Assembly: GCA_027622665.1 (NCBI GenBank)
Contig: JAQBYT010000004.1
Location: 32,001-96,000, forward strand
Reading direction: 5' to 3'
DNA: 64,000 nt
Source: Verrucomicrobiota bacterium
Lineage (GTDB): Bacteria; Verrucomicrobiota; Verrucomicrobiia; Opitutales; Seribacteraceae
Positions 1-10,635 of this stretch are shown here, piece after piece. Position 1 is the stretch's first letter. Each line of letters begins with the position of its first letter. The translations under genes and the position numbers were made by a program. Under the pieces are notes generated by a model, which ran no database searches, was not told the DNA's origin, and worked only from the letters and a program-made list of their open reading frames with translations.

Positions 1-1306
1 GAGCAACCCATTAAATAATCTCTCTCGCCGTACTTTTTTGCAGTCCTCGGGAATTGCTTCAATTGCGGGCATTTGTGGTTTGCGCCAAGGAGCGGAAGCG
101 GCCTTAAAAAATCATATTAAAGGCAAGGCCGAGCATTGCATTTTCCTTTGGCTGGGAGGTGGGGCTGCCCAAATTGACACCTTCGACCCCAAGAAGAAAG
201 GTGATGCGAAAGCCAAGAAAGCCGGATCCTACTACGACGCCATCGACACCGCCGTTCCGGGTGTCCAAGTCTGCGAGCACCTTCCCCGCGTAGCCGGTGT
301 TCTGGATCGCATCACTCTTTGTCGAACAATTTCGCACGAAGTCATCGACGAGCACGCGGCCGCCGCTTATCAGGTTCATACCGGTCGCCCCGTCAGCGGA
401 ACCATTCAGTATCCTTCACTCGGTTCCATCGTAGCTCACGAGAAGGGGCAATTGGAGAAAGGTACTCCGAAGTACGTCGTGATCGGTTACCCGAGCATTT
501 CGCGGAATCCCGGCTTTCTCGGAGCGAAAGACGGGTTCCTTTATCTCTTGGACGTCGAATCCGGCCCCGCAGGTCTTGCTCGTCCCGCTAGCGTGGTTTC
601 TTCACGATGGAAGCGTCGCGAGGAGTTGCTGGGAGTTCTCCGCAAGGGATACGTCAGCCGTAATCGCGAAGATCGTCGAATCCAAGACTATGACTCCACC
701 TTGCAGGACAGCCTCGAACTAGCCGGCCCAAAGTTCATGAGCACTTTCGACCTCGCGAGAGAGTCGGCTGATTTACGAGAATCCTACGGTGGTGAGTTTG
801 GTCAGCGTTGCCTGCTTGCCCGACGCCTCGTTGAGCGAGGTGTGCGCTTTGTCGAGGTTTCACACAACCTGAATTTTCTTAACGGCACCGGGTGGGATAC
901 TCATAACCAAGGCCAACTCAACCAGCACCTTCTAATCAAGGAACTCGACAACGCTCTCTCCACCCTCATCACTGATCTTGAGTCCCTCAAGCTGCTGGAT
1001 AAGACCCTTATTGCCGTGGGTACGGAGTTCGGGCGTCCCGCCGGATTCGATGGCGGGGGCGGTCGCGGTCACCATTCAAAATGCTTCAGCCTTCTTCTTG
1101 CCGGTGGAGGTCTCAAGCACTGGGGAGCTTATGGGGTTTCAGACGATCTCGCCCAGAAGTCGGTCGAAAACATAGTACCCTTGCCGGACTTTCACGCCAC
1201 AATCCACGCCGCTCTCGGTATCGACCCATCCAAGGAACTCCATGCCGGCGATCGTCCCGTACCTATAACGGACGGCGGCAAGCCCATTGAGAGTTTGTTT
1301 GTTTGA
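1..1306 (+). CDS. DUF1501-family protein with Tat signal; start codon probably straddles the window edge
   Basis: Frame is open from base 2 (SNPLNNLSRRTFLQ, twin-Arg motif); motifs CIFLWLGGGAAQIDTFDPK, ARRLVERGVRFVEV, WDTH, EFGRP. Confidence 0.9.
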   Translation, partial: SNPLNNLSRRTFLQSSGIASIAGICGLRQGAEAALKNHIKGKAEHCIFLWLGGGAAQIDTFDPKKKGDAKAKKAGSYYDAIDTAVPGVQVCEHLPRVAGVLDRITLCRTISHEVIDEHAAAAYQVHTGRPVSGTIQYPSLGSIVAHEKGQLEKGTPKYVVIGYPSISRNPGFLGAKDGFLYLLDVESGPAGLARPASVVSSRWKRREELLGVLRKGYVSRNREDRRIQDYDSTLQDSLELAGPKFMSTFDLARESADLRESYGGEFGQRCLLARRLVERGVRFVEVSHNLNFLNGTGWDTHNQGQLNQHLLIKELDNALSTLITDLESLKLLDKTLIAVGTEFGRPAGFDGGGGRGHHSKCFSLLLAGGGLKHWGAYGVSDDLAQKSVENIVPLPDFHATIHAALGIDPSKELHAGDRPVPITDGGKPIESLFV

Positions 1307-2142
1307 TGAGAATCATACTTTTTCTACTCTCGTTCTGCCTTGCCTCGGCTGCGCCCAAGCTATCCCTTACATGGGAGAAAAACTGGCTCGAAATTCATGG
1401 AGACCATCTGCCGGGTTCGATGCGGGTGCATTATTTAGAGGCCTATTGCCGGGCAAATTCCCAGACTACGGACTGGGGGAAGCACACCGTGGTGGGGCAC
1501 GAAACGAAAATGGTCTCTGCTTCGGATGACGGTTCCCGAATAGAACTTCTTTGCCATCTCAAGGATGGCGTTACCGTACGCCACGTCATTACAGCTCGTG
1601 ACGATGAAATCGATTTCCGCCTCACGGCGCAAAATCCCACCAGCAAGCTTTCCGGGGCTCACTGGGCCCAACCTTGCGTGAGGGTAGGGGTCTTCACGGG
1701 AACGGGAGCAGACAAGACATCCGACAAGTATGCCTACGTTAAGAAAAGTTTCATCTTTCTAGATGGCAAACAGGCCATGATGCCCACCCGCGACTGGGCT
1801 ATGAAGGCACGCTATATTCCCGGGCAGGTATGGACCGCTCCCGGGGTGGCTCGGGCCGACGTCAACCCTCGTCCCCTGCACAAGGACGTTCCGGACAATG
1901 GGCTCATCGGATGTTACTCAGCGGACGACAAGATGCTCTTCGCCACGGCATGGGAACCGTATCAAGAACTCTTTCAAGGGGTGGGTCGCTGTCTCCACAG
2001 TGATTTTCGTCTCGGTGGCTTGAAACCCGGGGAAAAGCTTGAGATAAAGGGTAAGGTATACTTGGTGAACAACGATCTTGAGGCCCTGCTGGTTCGTTAC
2101 CGGAAGGACTTTCCCGAGCACGCGAAGCTACACATTCGTTAG
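1306..2142 (+). CDS. Secreted hypothetical protein
   Basis: ATG overlaps the upstream TGA; signal-peptide-like MRIILFLLSFCLASA; no family recognised. Confidence 0.75.
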   Translation: MRIILFLLSFCLASAAPKLSLTWEKNWLEIHGDHLPGSMRVHYLEAYCRANSQTTDWGKHTVVGHETKMVSASDDGSRIELLCHLKDGVTVRHVITARDDEIDFRLTAQNPTSKLSGAHWAQPCVRVGVFTGTGADKTSDKYAYVKKSFIFLDGKQAMMPTRDWAMKARYIPGQVWTAPGVARADVNPRPLHKDVPDNGLIGCYSADDKMLFATAWEPYQELFQGVGRCLHSDFRLGGLKPGEKLEIKGKVYLVNNDLEALLVRYRKDFPEHAKLHIR

Positions 2143-2340
2143 GCGACGATTTCGCGGATCACGCTTCCGTACACGTCGGTCAACCGCATATCGCGGCATC
2201 CGCAAATCCTCGAACTCGTGCCTGATCGTTTGCAGGAGGAGGCTCTCCTCGGGTTTGCCGGGCACGATGGCGGGGCCTTCGCTCCCTCCCTTCAGCAATC
2301 CGTCCTTGAAGTCCAGGATCAGTTTCGCCTTCGCCTTGCC
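2128..2340 (-). pseudogene. Remnant of a planctomycete cytochrome c (PSCyt1-like) domain
   Basis: Manual translation GKAKAKLILDFKDGLLKGGSEGPAIVPGKPEESLLLQTIRHEFEDLRMP; no start codon or CxxCH. Confidence 0.7.
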
Positions 2341-2371
2341 ATGGTTCTCTATATTCGCGGCGAAGGAGCTT
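2339..2371 (-). repeat. 33-bp direct repeat, copy 1 (encodes KLLRREYREPW)
   Basis: 30/33 identical to 3032-3064. Confidence 0.9.
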
Positions 2372-2373
2372 GG

Positions 2374-2673
2374 TCAGGTCGCAGAGATCAGGGAGGTGGC
2401 TGGTTGTATGTGGGCTGTGAGTTTTTTGCGGTCCTTGGCGAGGGCCCGAAAGTCGCATTCGACTTGGAGCCCGTGCCAAAAGTCCTCGGACTGGCCGAAG
2501 AAGATGCCGAAGCGGATGGACATGGCGGGAGTGACGGAGCGCCTGCCTAGGACGATTTCGTTGATGGCGCGGGGAGCGACGCCGATGGCGCGGGCCATGG
2601 CGTTTTGGGAAATGCCCATAGGGCGGAGGTATTCCTCCAGCAGAATTTCACCGGGAGTGATTGGCGGGTTCAT
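2374..2673 (-). CDS. higA: HigA-family antitoxin (XRE HTH)
   Basis: [29 protein letters not shown]...[12 protein letters not shown]...FWHGLQ; ATG at 2673 preferred. Confidence 0.92.
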   Translation of the reverse strand: MNPPITPGEILLEEYLRPMGISQNAMARAIGVAPRAINEIVLGRRSVTPAMSIRFGIFFGQSEDFWHGLQVECDFRALAKDRKKLTAHIQPATSLISAT

Positions 2674-2707
2674 GGCTATAACGCGTAACGCTACGTGGGG
2701 GCAAAGG

Positions 2708-2986
2708 TCAATGGTAATCACGAATGGCGACTTCGGCTGGACCGTCGTCCGTCCAACGGAAAACGATACGCCATTGGTCGTTGATTCGTATGGAATGAAG
2801 GCCCGAAAGTTTTCCCCGGAGGGTCTCGAGGCGGTTGCCCGGAGGAACGGCGAGATCTTGGAGGACGCGGGCTCGATTCATTTGAATGAGCTTGCGCAGG
2901 ACGATGCGGTCGATGGCGGAAAAGCGTCGACTGGATTCCGTGTGGAAGAGTTTTTCCGTTTCCTTGTCGGCGAAGGATTGAATCAT
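2708..2986 (-). CDS. higB: HigB-family (RelE-like) toxin
   Basis: [14 protein letters not shown]...[11 protein letters not shown]...[15 protein letters not shown]...DYH; toxin-before-antitoxin order. Confidence 0.93.
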   Translation of the reverse strand: MIQSFADKETEKLFHTESSRRFSAIDRIVLRKLIQMNRARVLQDLAVPPGNRLETLRGKLSGLHSIRINDQWRIVFRWTDDGPAEVAIRDYH

Positions 2987-3016
2987 GCCATGCCTGTTAC
3001 TTGAATTGGGCCTGAC

Positions 3017-4333
3017 TCACGCCGGGTATTTCCATGGTTCTCTGTATTCGCGGCGCAGGAGTTTTTGGGCTTCGGGATCGTTGGGGATGGTTTCCTTTTC
3101 CCCGTCCCAAGCGACGCCTCTTCCTAGCTTGTAGGAAAGCATGCCGAGCATGGGGAGAACGGACGAGCGGTGGGAGGGTTCGATCCCGCAGACGGGTTCG
3201 GACTTGGTCTCGATGGCCTGCAGGAAGTCCGCCCAGAGGAGGGTGAGGTTGTGGCCGTCGGGTTCCTGCAGTTGGTGGTCCTCGTGGATTGTCTTTTGCT
3301 TGGAGTCGGTGGGATGAAAGGTCCAACCATCCCGCCAGCCCATGTGGAATACACCCTTGGTGCCGTAGAAATAGGCCCCGATGGAGTGCTTCTCGGAGTT
3401 GTTCTTGGCGTATTTCCGGTGTTCCCAAGTGGCGGTGAAGGACTCGAATTGGAAGGTGGCGACTTGGGTGTCGGGCGCGTCGGTGGTCTGGAACTTGTCG
3501 TTGAGTACGGCTTCGCCTCGTACGGGTCTGCCACCCGTGGAGTGTACGTACTTGGGGGCTTTTTCATCGGTCCACCAGAGGACTTGGTCGAGCCAGTGCA
3601 CGCCCCAGTCGCCGAGGGTGCCGTTGGCGAAGTCGAGGAAGTTGCGCCAGCCTCCGGGGTGAATGCGAGTGTTGAATGGTCGTAGGGGGGCGGGACCGCA
3701 GTAGAGGTCCCAATCGAGACCGTCCGAGGGATCCTGGTTGCGCGACGGGGTTTCCTTGCCGCCACCTCCCGCCACGAAGAGCCGGACCATGCCAATGTCG
3801 CCCACGGCGCCGCTCTTTAGAAATTTCATGCCCGATACGTGATGTGGACCGATGCGTCGATGAAGACCCACTTGAGCGGTGATTCCTGCGGCTTGGGCGG
3901 CCTTTACCATAGCTCGACTTTCGGCGACGGTGTGCCCCGTGGGTTTTTCCACGAAGACGTGGGCGCCGGCTTCGCAGGCTGCGATGAAGGGGAGGGCATG
4001 CCAGTGATCGGGAGTGGCGATGATGACGACTTCGGGCTTTTCCTTGGCCAGTAGCTCGCGGTAGTCCTTGTACCCCTTTGGGGAATCCCCCGAGATGCGC
4101 TCAACCTTCTCGGTCGAGACGTCGATGGCTTCCTCGTCCACGTCGCAGAGACCGACGACCTTGGCGCTGCCGGCGGCCATGGCTTCCTTGAGTACGTTCA
4201 TGCCCCACCAACCCGACCCGATGAGGGCCGTCCTGTACTTGCGTCCGGCCTTGGCGGAGACGGAAGGAGAGAAGCCCGCGGCAAGGGCGCTTAGGGAAGA
4301 TGTCTTGAGGAATTGGCGACGATGAAGGTTCAT
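3017..4333 (-). CDS. Gfo/Idh/MocA oxidoreductase, Tat-exported
   Basis: HRRQFLK Tat motif, IGSGWWG, ATPDHWH, VEKP, GDWGVHWLD. Confidence 0.92.
   Translation of the reverse strand: MNLHRRQFLKTSSLSALAAGFSPSVSAKAGRKYRTALIGSGWWGMNVLKEAMAAGSAKVVGLCDVDEEAIDVSTEKVERISGDSPKGYKDYRELLAKEKPEVVIIATPDHWHALPFIAACEAGAHVFVEKPTGHTVAESRAMVKAAQAAGITAQVGLHRRIGPHHVSGMKFLKSGAVGDIGMVRLFVAGGGGKETPSRNQDPSDGLDWDLYCGPAPLRPFNTRIHPGGWRNFLDFANGTLGDWGVHWLDQVLWWTDEKAPKYVHSTGGRPVRGEAVLNDKFQTTDAPDTQVATFQFESFTATWEHRKYAKNNSEKHSIGAYFYGTKGVFHMGWRDGWTFHPTDSKQKTIHEDHQLQEPDGHNLTLLWADFLQAIETKSEPVCGIEPSHRSSVLPMLGMLSYKLGRGVAWDGEKETIPNDPEAQKLLRREYREPWKYPA
3032..3064 (-). repeat. 33-bp direct repeat, copy 2 (within the oxidoreductase 3' end)
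   Basis: Matches 2339-2371 with three third-position differences. Confidence 0.9.
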
Positions 4334-4426
4334 GGGAATGAATTTGGAGGACTTTGCATAGGGGCGTCAAGGTCGAGATGGGGTCAAATCGTTTGACGTC
4401 CGTTAGGTAAAGTCATTCCTCGTGTC

Positions 4427-5479
4427 ATGGCTAAGATGAAGGAAATCAGTGTCGTGGCCGAGGAGGCTTGCGGGTGGCCGAACTTGACGAGGTTGCCGAA
4501 TGGTGAGGTGATATGCGTCTATTTCAACGCTCCCAGTCACGGGTTGGAGGAAGGTGACTTGGTGTGTGCCGCGAGTGATGATGATGGTCTGAATTGGAAG
4601 CCTCGCGGTGTGGTCGCTCCGCACCCCGAGGGTGGCAATAGGATGCATCTTGCGGTGGGTTTGGCGGGCAACGGCGATTTGCTTGCCTTTTCGAGTGGGT
4701 TCTTCGTCGAGGACGAGGAATTCACCGGTTTTGCAGGACAGTGGCTCTCCCGTTCCTCGGATGGCGGACGAACTTGGGAGGTGGATGAAAAACCTTCCAT
4801 ACCCGAACCCTGTGTCGGGGCCATACCTTTCGGGCGGGTAATCCAACTATCCGATGGTCGATTGGCCTACACCTGCTATCGCTCCCAAGGAAAGGGGAAT
4901 CCGAGTGAAACTTGGATTGGCTTTTCGGCGGACGACGGCAAGACTTGGCCGAGCTTTTCAACTTTTGGGGAGGACGACTCCAACGAACCCACTGTACTTG
5001 AGGTCGATCCCGGAAGGTTGTTGGCGGCAGTCCGCACGCACGTCGACCATCACGTGAAGCTTTGCGAAAGCAAGGATGGCGGCGAAACTTGGAGCGACGT
5101 CGGTCCACTTACCTTGCCTATGCAGCATCCGGCCGATCTTATTCGTCTTGGAGATGGTCTGCTCCTTATGACTTACGGTATTAGAAATCGCGGCTTGATG
5201 GCAATCGGGGCGAGGTTGAGCAAGGACGACGGAAAAACTTGGCGACCGCCTTGGGTCATTCATCAGTTCGGCGACGAGGCAACCGACTGCGGTTACCCCT
5301 CTACCGTAATGCTGGACGATGAAGGGACTCTTCTCACGGCGGCTTATTCCGATTTCGATGCAAGCCTCGGCGAGGATGCCGATCATTATCGGGTAATCAC
5401 CTTTCGCTGGGCATTGAAAGAGTGGTTGGATGATAAGACCCTAAAGTCCATTTCGGATGGCAAACTTCTAAAAAGCTGA
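4427..5479 (+). CDS. Sialidase-like BNR/Asp-box beta-propeller
   Basis: Asp-boxes SDDDGLNW, SSDGGRTW, SADDGKTW, SKDGGETW, SKDDGKTW; DCGYPS. Confidence 0.85.
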   Translation: MAKMKEISVVAEEACGWPNLTRLPNGEVICVYFNAPSHGLEEGDLVCAASDDDGLNWKPRGVVAPHPEGGNRMHLAVGLAGNGDLLAFSSGFFVEDEEFTGFAGQWLSRSSDGGRTWEVDEKPSIPEPCVGAIPFGRVIQLSDGRLAYTCYRSQGKGNPSETWIGFSADDGKTWPSFSTFGEDDSNEPTVLEVDPGRLLAAVRTHVDHHVKLCESKDGGETWSDVGPLTLPMQHPADLIRLGDGLLLMTYGIRNRGLMAIGARLSKDDGKTWRPPWVIHQFGDEATDCGYPSTVMLDDEGTLLTAAYSDFDASLGEDADHYRVITFRWALKEWLDDKTLKSISDGKLLKS

Positions 5480-5556
5480 AATATTCTGGCTAGACGCCGG
5501 TGTCCTTTTGCGACATTCGTGCAGGTTTATTCCACACCCACCTACTTTTTTACACC

Positions 5557-6663
5557 ATGAGCGAAAATATTTGTCGTTGGGGCATTCTCGGAACTGCGGG
5601 AATCGCCAAGAAGAACTGGCAGTCAATCAAGAACGCGGGGAACGCACGCCTCGTCGGAGTGGCGAGCCGAGACGAAGCGAGAGCTCAAGCTTACATCGAT
5701 GAATGTCAGGCCCACGTTTCCTTTGATCCTGCTCCTCGGGCAATCGGAAGCTATGAGGAAATGCTTGCGAGCGAGGATATCGATGCCGTCTACGTCCCAT
5801 TGCCTACCGGACCCCGCAAGGAATGGGCGATCAAGGCAGCCGAGGCAGGCAAGCACTTGATGTGTGAGAAACCTTGCGGGGTGGATGTTGCGGAAGTGGA
5901 GGAAATCATCGCGGCTTGCGATAAGGCGGGTGTTCAGTTCATGGACGGCGTAATGTTCATGCACAGTGATCGTTTAGGTGAGATTCGGGAGAGCCTCGAC
6001 GATGGCGAGACCATTGGAAAGCTTCGGCGTATCGCCACTCAGTTCAGCTTTTGGGCGCCTGAAGATTTCTTGACTAGCAACATTCGAATGCACAGCGACC
6101 TAGAGCCCTTGGGTTGCTTGGGCGACCTTGGTTGGTACAACATCCGGTTCAATCTTTGGGTGATGAACTATCAAATGCCCCACACGGTGACGGGTAGATT
6201 ACTGAACGCCTCGGGCCGTTCGGACAGTCCTCGCCAAGTACCGACGGAGTTCTCCGGTGAAATGCTTTTTGACTACGACGTCTCCGCCAGTTTTTACTGT
6301 TCGTTCCTCACGGAACATCAGCAATGGGCCCATGTCAGCGGAACCAAGGGAAGCATTCGGATCGATGATGTCGTTCTACCTTATTATGGCAACGATGTTG
6401 CCTTTACTGTATCAAAGCCTGTTTTCGACCAAACCGTTTGCGATTTCAACATGGAGCGTCATGAAAGCCGAGTAGCGGTCGACGAGTATAGCGACAGTCA
6501 CCCCACCTCACAAGAGACCAAGCTTTTCAGTAACTTCTCGGATCTTGCCCTCGGAGGAACTCCCGATTCTCATTGGCCTGATATTACCTTGCAGACTCAA
6601 CGAGTGATGATGGCCTGTGTGGAATCCGCCGAAGACGGTGGCAAGGAAGTGAGCCTAGCTTAA
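5557..6663 (+). CDS. Gfo/Idh/MocA oxidoreductase (cytoplasmic)
   Basis: RWGILGTAGIA, DAVYVPLP, CEKP, MDGVMFMH, GCLGDLGWY. Confidence 0.9.
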   Translation: MSENICRWGILGTAGIAKKNWQSIKNAGNARLVGVASRDEARAQAYIDECQAHVSFDPAPRAIGSYEEMLASEDIDAVYVPLPTGPRKEWAIKAAEAGKHLMCEKPCGVDVAEVEEIIAACDKAGVQFMDGVMFMHSDRLGEIRESLDDGETIGKLRRIATQFSFWAPEDFLTSNIRMHSDLEPLGCLGDLGWYNIRFNLWVMNYQMPHTVTGRLLNASGRSDSPRQVPTEFSGEMLFDYDVSASFYCSFLTEHQQWAHVSGTKGSIRIDDVVLPYYGNDVAFTVSKPVFDQTVCDFNMERHESRVAVDEYSDSHPTSQETKLFSNFSDLALGGTPDSHWPDITLQTQRVMMACVESAEDGGKEVSLA

Positions 6664-7304
6664 CAGCAACCGGCCTGCTTTGGCGGTATCGCCTTGTGTA
6701 TGGCCAAGGCCACTGCGGCTCCCAATATGGTGGCGAATAGGTAAAGCCAAAGGTAGTCCATGTTGCCCGCTACAAGTGCAGGCCCAAATGTGCGCGCAGG
6801 ATTCATCGACGCCCCCGTCATCGGTCCGAACAGATAGGCGTTCACCCCCACCGCCGCTCCCACCAAGAGTGCGATTCGATGGATCGAGTTCCCCACTAGG
6901 CATGGAGCTCGTAGGATCGTGAACATAAGCACGAAGGTAATGCCCACCTCGATAACGAAAGCCCCGTTCGAGGAGACATGTTCGCTCGGAAGCGTCAAGC
7001 CGGCGGCGACTTTCCCATTAAGGACATAGACCAGAATAGCTCCCGCGGTCGCTCCGAGGAATTGGGCTAGAAGGTAAGGCAGTAGGGCTTGCTTTTTCAA
7101 TTTCCCATGAAGAGTGAAAATGATTGAAACCGCTGGATTGAGATGGGCACCGGACCACTTCCCGAAGACTAGAATCATGCTCCATACGGCAAATCCGAAG
7201 GCAAGAGAGATCACGAGAACCGATGCATCCATGGCCACTGCTCCCGTTCCTGCTACCACGAGTACAAAAGTACCCAGAAACTCTGCTAATAATTTTTTTA
7301 TCAC
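6660..7304 (-). CDS. MIP-family channel (aquaporin/aquaglyceroporin)
   Basis: Two NPA boxes (SGAHLNPAVS, GASMNPAR), AEFLGTF; GTG start at 7304 preferred; ends in GCC. Confidence 0.9.
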   Translation of the reverse strand: MIKKLLAEFLGTFVLVVAGTGAVAMDASVLVISLAFGFAVWSMILVFGKWSGAHLNPAVSIIFTLHGKLKKQALLPYLLAQFLGATAGAILVYVLNGKVAAGLTLPSEHVSSNGAFVIEVGITFVLMFTILRAPCLVGNSIHRIALLVGAAVGVNAYLFGPMTGASMNPARTFGPALVAGNMDYLWLYLFATILGAAVALAIHKAIPPKQAGCC

Positions 7305-7357
7305 TGTATCGTGGTCGTGGTCGTGATCGTGATACCCTCTCTCCCAACGAATAGAAT

Positions 7358-8131
7358 CTAATGGGCGGTCCAACCTCCGTCGACCACCAGCATGCTTCCC
7401 GTGACGTAACTGGAGGCAGAGGATGCCAAAAATATTGCGGCTCCTTGGATTTCGCGCATTTCGCCCCATCGTTCCAAGGCCGTGGCCCCCACGATGAATT
7501 TCTTGCCTTCCTCGGTATCAGCAATTGGCTTGTTCATTGGCGTCAGAAAGGGACCCGGGCAGATGGCGTTCACGGTTATGCCTTGCTTGGCCACTTCGAG
7601 TGCGAGAGCTCTCGTCATTTGAGCTACTGCTCCTTTGCTGCTCGTGTAGGGAGTACGGTTGGCTAACCCGACTAGCCCGAGAGTGCTGCATAGGTTTATG
7701 ATTCGCCCACTGCCTCTTTCCTTCATGTGGGGAAGCACGGCTCGTGAGCACAACCAGACGCCATTTACGTTTACGTCCTGCACGTATTTGAAATCTTCGA
7801 AGGACAGTTCGTCGATGGGACCGCGAATGTTCACGCCCGCATTGCTTACCAGCACGTCGATGTGACCGAATTGTTCGAGAGCCTCGGCGACCATTCCCTC
7901 GACTTCGTCTTCCTTCGTTACGTCTGCTTGAAAACCGGCGGCCTTGACCTTATGGTCCGCGGCTATCTTGGTAGCGCTCGAGTTGACCTCTTCTAGATTA
8001 CGGCTGACTAAAAAGAGGTTGGCGCCTGCTGACGCGAGTCCAGCGGCCATGGCTTGGCCCAAGCCTTTGGAGCCGCCTGTAACTAGGGCAACTTTGCCAG
8101 TTAGGTCGAATTGCTTGATTCCAGGTAACAT
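7358..8131 (-). CDS. Short-chain dehydrogenase/reductase
   Basis: TGGSKGLG, SNAG, YTSSK catalytic motif, VDGGW. Confidence 0.92.
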   Translation of the reverse strand: MLPGIKQFDLTGKVALVTGGSKGLGQAMAAGLASAGANLFLVSRNLEEVNSSATKIAADHKVKAAGFQADVTKEDEVEGMVAEALEQFGHIDVLVSNAGVNIRGPIDELSFEDFKYVQDVNVNGVWLCSRAVLPHMKERGSGRIINLCSTLGLVGLANRTPYTSSKGAVAQMTRALALEVAKQGITVNAICPGPFLTPMNKPIADTEEGKKFIVGATALERWGEMREIQGAAIFLASSASSYVTGSMLVVDGGWTAH

Positions 8132-8268
8132 GGTTACATAGAGCTTGTCGAACTAGTGGCTTGAGGCAATGAATTTTGGATCTATGCCAACTCCAAGCGA
8201 CAAGATATCGAAGCTTTCTGCATTGACCGAAAGATTGTCTCCGAATGTTAAGAGCCGGAGCCCTGAGG

Positions 8269-10497
<2,229 letters not shown>

Positions 10498-10635
10498 TTA
10501 AGGTTTAATTCTAAATGGGCTTTCCGAAAAAAAACAATGTTAGAAACAATTTTGTTTCTCCTTGTATATTGGCCGAATGGATTGAAAGCCAAATTTCCGA
10601 GGCGGCAAAAAAATGAAAATTTGTTGCAAGGTAAT

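Noticed and set aside
2078..3004. 308-aa plus-strand ORF and other long shadow ORFs (e.g. 36283-37143, 33234-34037, 44159-44863)
   Set aside because: Antisense or alternative-frame shadows of well-supported genes in GC-rich coding sequence, with no recognisable motifs.
2339..3064. The 33-bp repeat pair as a diversity-generating retroelement TR/VR
   Set aside because: Too short, the differences are synonymous, and there is no reverse transcriptase.
7305..7469. 55-aa N-terminal extension of the MIP channel in the ORF track
   Set aside because: It overlaps the SDR 3' end by over 100 nt; the GTG at 7304 gives a normal MIP N-terminus.
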